The position numbers and the translations under genes are program-made. From Dehalococcoidia bacterium (lineage in GTDB: Bacteria > Chloroflexota > Dehalococcoidia > Lucifugimonadales > JAGWBF01): DNA of 64,000 nt. Location: contig CBDFGQ010000004.1 of NCBI GenBank assembly GCA_965247295.1, positions 65,356 through 129,355 of the forward strand, written 5' to 3'. Within the stretch, counting starts at the first letter, position 1. Each line of letters opens with the position of its first letter. Below the pieces are notes generated by a model that did not search any database, was not told the origin of the DNA, and worked only from the letters and a program-made list of their open reading frames with translations. Shown here piece by piece: positions 9,159-18,842 of this stretch.

Positions 9159-10577
9159 ATGGCGGACCGCGACCAGGCGTTTACCCCGGCGTTCGAACTG
9201 GTGGAGCAGATTACGACCAGGGCCGTCTCACCGGTGGAGCTGACCGAGCTGTACCTCAGGCGCATCGAAGGGCTGGACATCAAGCTTAACTCCTACCTGA
9301 CGGTGATAGGTGACGAGGCCCTCGAAGCGGCCAGGCGGGCGGAGAAGGCTCTGGCCGATGGAGAGGCCGTCGGCCCCCTCCACGGGCTCCCCATCTCCGT
9401 CAAGGACCTGGAGGTGACGGCGGGCATCAGGACCACCTTCGGCTCCCTGGTGTTCAAAGACCACGTGCCCGAGGGGGACTCGGGAGTGGCCGAGCGGGTC
9501 CGCAAGTCGGGGGCCATAATCCTGGGCAAGACCAATACCCCCGAGTTCGGCGTCGGGGACACTACCAGAAACCGGCTGGGAGACGCCTGCCGCAACCCCT
9601 GGGACACATCGAGGACTGCAGGGGCCTCCAGTGGTGGCGCGGCGGCGGCCCTGGCTGCCGGCCTCTGTCCCCTGGCCACCGGGAGCGACGCCGGTGGCTC
9701 CATCCGCATCCCAGCGAGCTTCTGCGGAGTCTACGGGATCAAGCCCACCCTGGGCCGCGTGCCTCGGTTCGGGGGAGTGGGCCGTCCCAGCCCCAATCCC
9801 GTGGCCCAGAGCGGACCGATGGCCCGGACGGTGAGGGACGCGGCCATGTTGCTCCAGGTGCTGGCGGGCCCGGATGACAGAGACGTGAACACCCTCAGGG
9901 AGCAGCCTGCCAACTACCTGGCCGACCTCGAGGCGGGAGTTCGGGGCTCCAGGATCGCCTGGAGCCTGGACCTGGGCTATGCCACGGTGGACCCGGAGGT
10001 TTCCGAGGTCACCTCCCGGGCGGCCAGACTCTTCGAGGAGCTGGGGGCGCAGGTGGATGAGCCCGGTATCAGTATGGAGGAGCCCTTTAGCCGGGTGGGG
10101 CCCGTCGTCTGGGCCAACTCCTACGCCTCCTACGGCCATCATCTTGAGGAGCGCCCTGGCGACCTGACGGACTACGCCAGGGAGAGGTTGGAAAAGGGCA
10201 AGGCGGTGACCGGGGCCGACTACGCCCGCGCTCTGAGGCAGCTGGAGCTGCTCAAGTTCCAGATGGACACCCTGATGGAGAAGTACGATCTGCTGCTGAC
10301 CCCCACCATGTCCGTCCCAGCGTTAGCGATAGCGCAGCACCCCTCATCCATCGCCGGCCGGGAGGTGAGCCGGGAGTGGGGATTCAAGCCCTTTAATCTG
10401 GTGTTCAATCTGACGGGGCAGCCCGCGGCCAACGTACCTTGTGGCTTCTCTTCCGATGGGTTGCCCATAGGGTTGCAAGTCATAGGGCGCCGGGGCGACG
10501 AGTCGATGGTCCTTCGGGCCTCGGCGGCCTTCGAGCAGGCCAGGCCCTGGGTGGACAGGCGACCTCCGGTCTCCTAA
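9159..10577 (+). CDS. Amidase-signature family amidase (GatA-like)
   Basis: [36 protein letters not shown] signature. ATG at 9159 with GAGGAGG upstream. Confidence 0.85.
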   Translation: [472 protein letters not shown]

Positions 10578-11018
10578 TTGCCGTGATCTCGGACAGGTCC
10601 AAAGGATGTGGTCCTTCCCCTGACCTATTTCAAGCTGATCAAAGAGTCCTCACCGGTGCCGCCGAGTCGCCCCACGACCATATCCAAGTTGTTTCCCGTG
10701 GCTATACGGGCCTTCTGGAGGCCATTCCAGCAATTATTTACTGATTGCCATTAGAGAGACGCTGGTCAGGCAGTTCCCAGGACGGTCGCAGCCGTATAGG
10801 CTGATGCGGCCCACCTCCAAGTCTGGCTCCAGTCATCGAAGTCATAGGAAGTGCAGAGGGTTAAGCGATGCGGTGATTGACTGCGTTCCAGAGTGACCGT
10901 ACCATCGTCAGCGTGGCGTATGGTCGGATCTCGGTATATCCCCAGCTTGATATAGTGTATGTCGGCTAGGGCCGAGGGTTGTCCGGACTTAGCAGATACC
11001 GGGATTAGGGAGGCCACC

Positions 11019-12269
11019 ATGGATACCATCTTACGGAACACGCGCATAGAGGACGGCGTCCACAAGCTCACGGCCGACATCGGCATCGACCACGGACGAA
11101 TCGCCGTAATCGAGCCGAACCTCGCCGCCGAGGGCGAAGAGATCGACGTAAGTGGCCGGCTGGTCACGCCCGGGTTCATAGAGACACATATTCACCTGGA
11201 CAAGTCCTGTATCCTCGACCGCTGCAAATCGGAAAAGGGAGATCTGAGCGAGGCCATCGGAGAAGTGGGCAAGGCCAAGAAAGAGTTCACCCCCGAGGAC
11301 GTCTATGACCGCGCCAAGAGAACGCTCGAGAAATGCATCCTGAACGGCACAACCCACATGCGCACCCAGCTTGAGGTAGACCCCGGCATCGGTCTGCGAG
11401 GTCTGGAAGGCATCCTGCCGCTGATCGACGAGTACAAATGGGCCATCGATATCGAGATCTGTATCTTTCCTCAGGAAGGGTTACTCAACAATCCGGGGAC
11501 GGATGAGCTAATGGTCGAGGCACTCAGGAGTGGCGGCTCGGTCGTCGGAGCCGCACCGTACACCGATAGCGACCCCCACGGTCAGATCGACCGCATCTTC
11601 GAGATGGCGCGGGAATTGGGCATCGATATCGACATGCATCTTGACTTCGGCCCGGACCCGAGCGAGCTGGACCTCGACTATGTCTGCGAGCTCACGGACA
11701 AATTCGACTATGGTGGCCGGGTGACTATCGGACACATGACCAAACTCTCAGCCGCGGACCCGGAACGGTTCAAGGAAAAGGCCCGGCGGATGGCCGACGC
11801 CGGTGTCTCAGTGACGGTGCTGCCCTCGACGGACCTGTTCCTAATGGGCCGGCACCAAGATCACAGCATCATGCGGGGTGTGACGGCCGCGCACAAATTG
11901 TGCCATGAAGGTGTGAACTGCTCGTTGTCCACGAACAACGTGCTGAACCCCTTTACGCCATTCGGCGACTGCTCTCTAGTCCGGATCGCCAACCTTTACG
12001 CCAACATCTGCCAGGTGGGCACGCGAGACGACATCGTCGAGTGCTACCAGATGATCACCAACCGCTCGGCGAAGCTCATGCGGCTGGATGATTACGGCCT
12101 TGAAGTCGGCAAGTCGGCCGACCTGGTCGTGCTTGATTGTTACGACCGAGCGACCGCGATCGCCGAACTGGCGCAGCCGCTCTGGGGATTTAAGCGTGGG
12201 CGTGTGACCTTCACCCGCGTGCCGGCCGAGTTGCACCGGCCCCACAGAGGCGAAGGTGCCCACGCATGA
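11019..12269 (+). CDS. Cytosine-deaminase-like amidohydrolase
   Basis: VTPGFIETHIHLDKSCILD (HxH metal motif) and overall CodA-like layout. ATG at 11019 with GGGAGG upstream. Stop overlaps ATG 12266 (ATGA). Confidence 0.8.
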   Translation: MDTILRNTRIEDGVHKLTADIGIDHGRIAVIEPNLAAEGEEIDVSGRLVTPGFIETHIHLDKSCILDRCKSEKGDLSEAIGEVGKAKKEFTPEDVYDRAKRTLEKCILNGTTHMRTQLEVDPGIGLRGLEGILPLIDEYKWAIDIEICIFPQEGLLNNPGTDELMVEALRSGGSVVGAAPYTDSDPHGQIDRIFEMARELGIDIDMHLDFGPDPSELDLDYVCELTDKFDYGGRVTIGHMTKLSAADPERFKEKARRMADAGVSVTVLPSTDLFLMGRHQDHSIMRGVTAAHKLCHEGVNCSLSTNNVLNPFTPFGDCSLVRIANLYANICQVGTRDDIVECYQMITNRSAKLMRLDDYGLEVGKSADLVVLDCYDRATAIAELAQPLWGFKRGRVTFTRVPAELHRPHRGEGAHA

Positions 12270-12345
12270 AGCCGATTAAAAGTGAGGTAGGATGGAAAAA
12301 ATGGACACCAAAGTCGGAGTAGGATAATACGACGGAGGTGTCAGA

Positions 12346-12660
12346 ATGAAAAGGGTTCCACAAGGAAGGTACAGCAGGGAATTCCGGCAGGAAGCAGTGA
12401 GGCTGGTAACAGAAGAGAAGCTATCATTGCCAGAGGCAGGCCGCCGGCTGTCCTTGCCGCCATCGACATTAGGGTACTGGGTGAAGGCACATAGGGCTGG
12501 CAAACTGGGAGATGTGGGCAAGACGTACAGGCCCATGACAGAAGTAGAGATGGACCTTGCCCGGACGAAGAAGGAACTGGCGGAAGTGAAGATGGAGCGG
12601 GACATACTAAAAAAAGCAGCCGCGTACTTTGCCAGGGAGTCGCTGCCCGGTACGCGATGA
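12346..12660 (+). CDS. IS3 transposase OrfA (HTH)
   Basis: MKRVPQGRYSREFRQEAVRLV...LPEAGRRLSLPPSTLGYWVK followed by a leucine-zipper-like tail, typical of IS3 OrfA. Confidence 0.9.
   Translation: MKRVPQGRYSREFRQEAVRLVTEEKLSLPEAGRRLSLPPSTLGYWVKAHRAGKLGDVGKTYRPMTEVEMDLARTKKELAEVKMERDILKKAAAYFARESLPGTR
12609..12615 (+). promoter_or_regulatory. Programmed -1 frameshift heptamer A_AAA_AAA(G) of the IS3 transposase
   Basis: CTA AAA AAA GCA in the orfA frame. The orfB frame has no stop from here to 12657. Confidence 0.6.
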
Positions 12661-13520
12661 TGAAAGAACTGCGGCTCGACTACCCCAAATGTGTCTTGGG
12701 CCGGTTGTTGAACGTATCGGCCAGTGGCTACTATGCCTGGGTGGACCGGCCATCGTCCAGGCGAGCACAGGAGGAAGTGCGGCTGGAGCTGGAGATCAGG
12801 GCAGCCCACAAGCGGACGAGACAGACCTATGGCCCGGAACGGTTACAGCGCGACCTGGCGGAGCATGGCGTTCGGGTGGGCATCTGTCGCATCAAGCGTA
12901 TCCGAAAGAAGCTTGGCATACGCTGCAGGCAGAAGAGGAGATTCAAGGCCACCACCGACTCCGGGCACAGACTACCGGTTGCAGATAACATATTGGGCCA
13001 GCAGTTCAAGGTCTGGAGGCCGAACACTGTGTGGGTGAGTGACATCGCCTATATACCGACCGATGAGGGCTGGCTATATCTGGCGGGCCACAAGGACCTG
13101 TTCACCGGAGAGATTGTGGGCTATGCCATGGGAGAGCGGATGACCAAGAACCTGGTTAGTCAGTCTCTATTGCGGGCGCTGAGAGCCAAACGTCCAGCGA
13201 GGGGCCTGATGCATCACTCTGACCGAGGCAGTCAGTATTGCTCCCAGGAATACAGAGGTTTTCTCGAGCGGTCTGGCCTGCGATCTTCCATGAGCGGGAA
13301 GGGGAACTGCTTTGATAATGCTCCGATGGAGAGCTTCTGGGCCACACTCAAGCAGGAGTTGGTCCACCACCGTCATTACAGAAGCAGGCAGGAGGCAGCT
13401 CGAGAGATCACGGAATATATCGAGCTCTTCTATAACCGCCAGCGCCGCCAGGCCAGGCTGGGGTTCCTGTCACCCGCGGCGTATGAGCAGAGATTCTATG
13501 CCGGACTACCAGCAGCATGA
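12657..13520 (+). CDS. IS3 transposase OrfB (DDE integrase core), normally made as an OrfAB -1 frameshift fusion
   Basis: WVSDIAYIPT...HHSDRGSQYCS...NAPMESFWATLKQE are DDE motifs. The frame is open upstream through the slippery site. Confidence 0.9.
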   Translation: MMKELRLDYPKCVLGRLLNVSASGYYAWVDRPSSRRAQEEVRLELEIRAAHKRTRQTYGPERLQRDLAEHGVRVGICRIKRIRKKLGIRCRQKRRFKATTDSGHRLPVADNILGQQFKVWRPNTVWVSDIAYIPTDEGWLYLAGHKDLFTGEIVGYAMGERMTKNLVSQSLLRALRAKRPARGLMHHSDRGSQYCSQEYRGFLERSGLRSSMSGKGNCFDNAPMESFWATLKQELVHHRHYRSRQEAAREITEYIELFYNRQRRQARLGFLSPAAYEQRFYAGLPAA

Positions 13521-14755
13521 AAGGTTTGGTGTCCACTATTTACGTCCGACCTCAAAGCGCGCAGCCGCAAGGACCGCCCAACGAATCTCTTGGAGCCTTC
13601 TGCCACGACAACCATGTGGCGCTCGAAGGCGCGCCGGACGGGCCACTGAGGGGGTTGACCTTCGGCGTCAAGGACATCTTCCACATCGCCGGCCACAGGA
13701 CCGGCTTCGGCCACCCCGACTGGCTGCGCATGCACCCGCCGGCCGAGGTCACGGCGGCGGTGGTGCAGCGGCTCCTCGACGCTGGTGCCCGAATGATTGG
13801 GAAGACCCACACGGACGAGTTGGCCTACAGCCTGAGTGGGGAGAACATGCACTATGGCACGCCTGTCAACCCGGCCGCCCCCGACCGAATCCCCGGCGGA
13901 TCGTCCAACGGCTCGGTTTCAGCCGTCGCCGGGGGGCTCGTGGATTTCGCCCTGGGGACCGACTGCGGCGGCTCGGTGCGTCTACCAGCAAGCTATTGCG
14001 GTGTCCTCGGCATGCGTCCAACCTACGGCCGAGTGCCGCTCGATGGTGTGATCCCATTTGGCCCGAGCTTCGATGTCGCCGGCTGGTTTGCCCGTGACGC
14101 CGATGTCTTGGAGCGAGTGGGTCGAGCGCTGCTCAACGATGAGTCGGAACCTCCAGTTCCCAAACGGCTACTGTACGCCCGCGACGCCTTCGATCTTGTC
14201 GATCCACAGGTGACGGAGGCCTTGGAGGACGCCGTCGGGAAAGCCGTCGTCGCCATCGGCTCCAGTGAAGAGGTCAGGGTCAGCCCCGAGAGTCTGCCCG
14301 CTTGGTTCGAGACCTTCCGGGTGCTGCAGGCGGCGGAGGTTTGGGGCAATCACGGCGCGTGGGTCGAGGCGGTGAAACCCGAATTCGGCCGTGGCATTCG
14401 CGAGCGGCTCGCGTGGGCGTCGCAGGTCACAGAGGATGATGTAGCCGCCTGCAAGGTCAAGCACACAGCGATAAGGGCCCGGATTTATGGGTTGATAAAG
14501 GAGGGCGATATATTGTGCCTGCCGACCTCCCCACGGGTCGCGCCGCTCAGGAACACGCCGACCAACGATATTGAAGTCAGGTTTCGCCACCAGGCGATGG
14601 GCTTGCTGTGCATCGCAGGTCTTGGGGGGCTTCCACAGGTGAGCCTGCCGCTGGCTTCACTCGACGGCCTCCCGCTGGGGCTCTCCCTCGTGGGGCCACG
14701 CGGCGCCGACACGCAGCTGCTAGCCCTGACACGGAAACTGATGCTCGACGCCTAA
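13517..14755 (+). CDS. Amidase-signature amidase with its 5' end replaced by the IS3 insertion (hybrid start inside the IS)
   Basis: GGSSNGSVSAVAGGLVDFALGTDCGGSVRLPASYCG signature. The first 13 codons (MKGLVSTIYVRPQ) lie within the IS right end. The native start can be reconstructed at 12266. Confidence 0.8.
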   Translation: MKGLVSTIYVRPQSAQPQGPPNESLGAFCHDNHVALEGAPDGPLRGLTFGVKDIFHIAGHRTGFGHPDWLRMHPPAEVTAAVVQRLLDAGARMIGKTHTDELAYSLSGENMHYGTPVNPAAPDRIPGGSSNGSVSAVAGGLVDFALGTDCGGSVRLPASYCGVLGMRPTYGRVPLDGVIPFGPSFDVAGWFARDADVLERVGRALLNDESEPPVPKRLLYARDAFDLVDPQVTEALEDAVGKAVVAIGSSEEVRVSPESLPAWFETFRVLQAAEVWGNHGAWVEAVKPEFGRGIRERLAWASQVTEDDVAACKVKHTAIRARIYGLIKEGDILCLPTSPRVAPLRNTPTNDIEVRFRHQAMGLLCIAGLGGLPQVSLPLASLDGLPLGLSLVGPRGADTQLLALTRKLMLDA

Positions 14756-15121
14756 CTCTGGATTGCCACGAAAGCTACGCGGTACGGCAGGAATATGATC
14801 AGCGAAACCTGAGGCAGCTCTGGGAGCCAACGCTGCGATAGACCGACTCGAAACCGACACCGGCCAGGCAGAAGCCAATTTCCACGGGCCTATCCGCCCA
14901 GGCCCACTTTTCTTCGCCCCTCGCTTCCTGTCTGACCCACAACAAAGGTGCCATGTAACTCCGTATGCTTCTCTGCCACCTAGAGGGTCATTCTCATGAA
15001 TCGATCATGGTCCGGTGTCATGGGAAGCGCTTCCTCCGACCAGTTCACATGAAGTCCAGGCTTATGGTCTCTCGATGAGCATCGTCCCACGGTCCACCTG
15101 GCTGGGAACCAGCCGGGGTGG

Positions 15122-16021
15122 TCACGCGATTTGCTCACTCCGCACCTCTGCCCCGGCCGACTCCTCCTGCAACAGGAAGCCGATGGTCCTGTCCTTCTCC
15201 GCCCATCCCCGGTTCATGGCCTGCACCATAATCTGCTCCACCAGGCTCGCCACGGACAGTGGCACCTGGTTCCTCCGGCCAAGCTCCGTGGCCAGCCCGA
15301 TGTCTTTTCTCGCCAGGGCCAGGGTGAATACGGGGGAGTCGAACAGGCCACGAAACACCGTGGGGGCTAGACGATCCTGCATCGTTCCAACTACGCCACG
15401 GCTCCCAGAGTCGAGGAGGACGGGAAGGCTTACCCCCGCTTTTACCCCCAGGGTCAGCCCTTCGGCCACCACGTGCTGCATGACGATGGACATCAAGTTG
15501 TGGACCAACTTACACACGCAAGCTGCGCCGAGTTCACCGGCGTATATCACTTTGTCGGCGAAGGCGAGGAGTAAAGGATGAATGCGGTTATAAACGGCCC
15601 GTTCTCCTCCCACCATCACTATGACTTCCCTATGGACCGCATCAGACGGGCTACTAAGGACGGGCGCGTCCATCACGTGGGCGCCCTTCTGGCGGAACAG
15701 CGGTTCGAGCCTATGAACCAGGTCAGGGCCGCAGGTGGACAGGTCCAGATAAACGCTGCCCTCCCTGATTCCTTCCAACAGCCCTCCTGGCCCGGTGACT
15801 ACGTGGTCCACTTCCCGAGGCCCGGGCAGAGATGTAAAAACGATTTCACTGTAGCCAGCTACCTCAGCTGGCGACGTGGCAAGCCGCGCCCCTCCTTCCA
15901 GCAGAGGCCGCACCGCGTCTTCCCGAGTGTCGTGGACCACCATGGGATACCCGGCCTTTTGAATGTTAACGGCCATCGGCGTGCCCATCTTGCCCAGCCC
16001 AATGAACCCTATGGTCTCCAT
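15122..16021 (-). CDS. 3-hydroxyisobutyrate/6-phosphogluconate-type NAD(P)-dependent dehydrogenase
   Basis: METIGFIGLGKMGTPMAVNIQKAGYPMVVHD Rossmann N-terminus. ATG at 16021 with AGGGGG upstream. Confidence 0.85.
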   Translation of the reverse strand: METIGFIGLGKMGTPMAVNIQKAGYPMVVHDTREDAVRPLLEGGARLATSPAEVAGYSEIVFTSLPGPREVDHVVTGPGGLLEGIREGSVYLDLSTCGPDLVHRLEPLFRQKGAHVMDAPVLSSPSDAVHREVIVMVGGERAVYNRIHPLLLAFADKVIYAGELGAACVCKLVHNLMSIVMQHVVAEGLTLGVKAGVSLPVLLDSGSRGVVGTMQDRLAPTVFRGLFDSPVFTLALARKDIGLATELGRRNQVPLSVASLVEQIMVQAMNRGWAEKDRTIGFLLQEESAGAEVRSEQIA

Positions 16022-16202
16022 GCTACCCCCTATACCGGCTGAATTCGGACCCGCCTGCCCTCCCAGCACGTCAGGGTCAGGCCTTCTCCACAGCCTGTGG
16101 TGGAAGCGCCTCGTAAGTCAACCCTGCGACGAATCGCGCCAACTGCCTGCTCAAGGATTCAGTCATCATCACAGCCCGTCTGACCTTCGCGAAGCTTCTA
16201 CC

Positions 16203-17159
16203 CTAAAACCGGCTGCGCTTGTCTACCACGTTCACCAGCGACTCTCCCATCCCGAAACGCCGGCAGTTCTCAATGAAGAGTTGAGTTCGGCGCTCTGGTA
16301 CATGGGGGGCGTCACGGGAGGCAATATGGGGCGGGATCAGAACGCCAGGCGTCGTCCAGAGGGGATGGTCGGAGGGCAGAGGCTCCACCTCGAACACGTC
16401 CAGCCCTGCCCCTGCGATCTCTCCCGTATCCAGGGCCGCCACCAGGTCCTCCAGCACCACGCACACCCCACGGCCAACGTTGATCAGAAAAGATGAAGGC
16501 TTCATCAGGCGGAAGCGTCTGGCGTTCATCATTCCTCGGGTCTGAGGTGTGTCCGGGGTTGTGATGACCACGAAGTCCGCCCTGGGCAGGACATCGTCGA
16601 GCAATTCGGGTGGATGCAGCTCATCGAGGTACTGGGGCCCCTCTTTGAGTCTTGGGTCTACACCTATGGTGTTCATACCAAACGCCTTGCACAAACTCGC
16701 CACCTCGGAGCCGATTCCTCCCACACCTACCAAGACAACGCTGCTGTCGGGAAGATGCACTGCGGCCTCAGCCGGCCTCCACTGTCGCCCCGACTGCTGG
16801 GGTGTGTATCGGTAGAAACGCCGTGCCAGTGCCAGTAGCAAAGCCATCGCGTGGTGTCCCACATTGTCGTGGTAGATACCACGGAAGTTAGTAACTACCA
16901 CATCGCTGCCTACAAGCGCCTCGTGATAAAAGGATGGATCGGGGCCTGCGGCATGGCACTGGATCCACCGGAGTCCTTTGGCACTGGCGAAGAGGTCTGG
17001 AGGAACATAACCGTAAGCAGCATCGGCGACCTCGATGTCGTGGAAAGCGGCCTGGTAGTTGGAGAAGACCTTGACCTCGGCCGTCAGTACGGCCTCTCGT
17101 ATCCTGGCTGGCCAGTCGTCGTGGCAGCCGGGTGGCAGGATGATCATCTTGAAGCTCAC
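16203..17159 (-). CDS. D-isomer-specific 2-hydroxyacid dehydrogenase
   Basis: VVLVGVGGIGSEVASLCKAFGMNTIGVD...INVGRGVCV...DVFEVEPLP...PHIAS motifs. Confidence 0.85.
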   Translation of the reverse strand: MSFKMIILPPGCHDDWPARIREAVLTAEVKVFSNYQAAFHDIEVADAAYGYVPPDLFASAKGLRWIQCHAAGPDPSFYHEALVGSDVVVTNFRGIYHDNVGHHAMALLLALARRFYRYTPQQSGRQWRPAEAAVHLPDSSVVLVGVGGIGSEVASLCKAFGMNTIGVDPRLKEGPQYLDELHPPELLDDVLPRADFVVITTPDTPQTRGMMNARRFRLMKPSSFLINVGRGVCVVLEDLVAALDTGEIAGAGLDVFEVEPLPSDHPLWTTPGVLIPPHIASRDAPHVPERRTQLFIENCRRFGMGESLVNVVDKRSRF

Positions 17160-17543
17160 CTATCACCTCCTCGCTCTCCGGTGGGTCAGGAAACGGGCTT
17201 GGTGCAGGGAATCATTGCACGCTCTAGTTGACCTGTCACATGTTCCCTCAACTTATGGAGACTCGTACCAGGGCCGACATAGTATGCAGCGGTCGGTTGG
17301 AATGGTTGTGTCTCCGTGGATACCCCCATTATCGTCATGATTGGGCGGAGATCGCACGTTGCCACCGTCCGCTCGTAGCGGGCACGATGGGCTCCAGCAC
17401 TTCATCCCAGTCGTGGACGCTATGGACGTTCCCGGCAGGGAGCATCGCCCCTTCGCAGTCCCCGAACTGGTCGAAGACAAAAATGGAGTGATGACAGACA
17501 GTACCAAAGTGGCCGTTGTAGGCTGCCCTTTCTTGCCGGGCCC

Positions 17544-18101
17544 CTACACCGGCAGAACGGGCTCAGTTCTCTCCGTTGGCAGGTCCGCCTCGAAGGCGTT
17601 AATGTTGAAGGCCAGCATGGCATAGTACCCCATAAGGTTGGTCAGCTCCGTAACACCCCGTATGCCAAACTGGGCGAGGGCCGCCTCAAAGCTGGAGGAG
17701 CTGACCCGGTGGGTGCGAAAGAAATCCCGGCCAAAGTCCACCACAGCGGCCTCGTCCGGGGGCAGGCCCGCCAGCTCCTGCCGCTCCCGCAGGCGGTCGA
17801 CGGTCTCCTCAGCCAAGCCGGCGCTGCGCCCCGAGGCGGCGTGGGCATTCCAGATGTACTGGCAGTCGAGTTCCCGGGCCGTGACCAGCATCGCCAGCTC
17901 CTGGATTCTTGACGAGAGGCTGGACCCTTGTCTCAGGTAGTCCGACAGGTGCGCTCCCCGCTTCGCGATCTCCGGAACGTTGATCATTATAGACATCGGG
18001 CCGCTGGCAGGCACCCCTCCCCTTTGTTGCACTACCTCCTGGAAGGCAGCTTCCTGGCCTGTCGGGATACTGTCCTGGGTTGCTGTAGGTACACGGGCCA
18101 T
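17544..18101 (-). CDS. Carboxymuconolactone decarboxylase (AhpD-like) family protein
   Basis: RIQELAMLVTARELDCQYIWNAHAASGRSAGL is typical of the CMD family. Confidence 0.75.
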   Translation of the reverse strand: MARVPTATQDSIPTGQEAAFQEVVQQRGGVPASGPMSIMINVPEIAKRGAHLSDYLRQGSSLSSRIQELAMLVTARELDCQYIWNAHAASGRSAGLAEETVDRLRERQELAGLPPDEAAVVDFGRDFFRTHRVSSSSFEAALAQFGIRGVTELTNLMGYYAMLAFNINAFEADLPTERTEPVLPV

Positions 18102-18301
18102 GCCTTACTCCTTTATCGACATTGGGTATCGACGTTGGACGGCCAAAAGCAAGGGCCGAACTCCGTACGTGAGCCAAGGATTCGTCTCTGGGATTATAAC
18201 GGAATCTCCGGCCCAATCCACCAGGCGATTACCCTTTGGTCGGCTCGGTTATGCCTCGCATAGACCTTGATAGTAAGATGTAGGGGACAAGGAGGCGTGA
18301 A

Positions 18302-18601
18302 ATGCAACAAACTCCCTCGTATCTAGCAACCCTCTCTAGGGTCGACCCCAAGCTGCTTGAGCACGTCAGTGGTGTGCGGGACTACGTCATTAGCGATGGA
18401 GCTCTCTCGGCCAAGGTAAAGACCTTGATGACAATGCTGTGTGATGCCTTACTAGCCCACAGCGACGGCGTATACGTCATCTCCCAACGGGCTCGCGGCC
18501 TGGGTGCGTCGGAGCAAGAGATCGCTGAGACGGTGCAGGTAGCCTACCTTATGGGCGGCACGCCTGCGCTAGTCACCGGCTGCAATGCCTTTCGCGAGTA
18601 G
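18302..18601 (+). CDS. Small carboxymuconolactone decarboxylase (AhpD-like) family protein
   Basis: LSAKVKTLMTMLCDALLAHSDGV...VQVAYLMGGTPAL is CMD-domain-like. Confidence 0.7.
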   Translation: MQQTPSYLATLSRVDPKLLEHVSGVRDYVISDGALSAKVKTLMTMLCDALLAHSDGVYVISQRARGLGASEQEIAETVQVAYLMGGTPALVTGCNAFRE

Positions 18602-18842
18602 CTGCATCCAAACAATAAGATAGCAGGGGCTGCAAGGAGCGACTCAGGAGGCCAGCCAGGGCCCGGCTGATGTCGAGCTAGTGGTGCTTGCAAATCTGGT
18701 CGTGATGGAGCAGACCTTGAGGAAGGTCGTCCAATGCCGTCGCCGTCACCGTCTCCCGCACCGCTCCCCGTTAAACGTCAGGCACCTCGGCTCGGCGCGG
18801 TCCACCATGCAATGGTTCTTAGGCTTATTCACCAGCCCGATG

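Larger units (their letters stand above)
12283..13554 (+). mobile_element. IS3-family insertion sequence (1272 bp), apparently intact
   Basis: Terminal inverted repeats TGAGGTAGGATGGAAAAAATGGACACCAAA and TGAGGTCGGACGTAAATAGTGGACACCAAA match at 25 of 30. TG...CA ends. 3-bp direct duplication AAG at 12280-12282 and 13555-13557. orfA/orfB overlap with an A7 slippery run. Confidence 0.9.

Noticed and set aside
10766-11179. 137-aa minus-strand ORF between the amidase and the deaminase-like gene
   Set aside because: Its upstream half is antisense to the well-supported gene starting at 11019. The remainder has no start codon or RBS and no recognisable motif.
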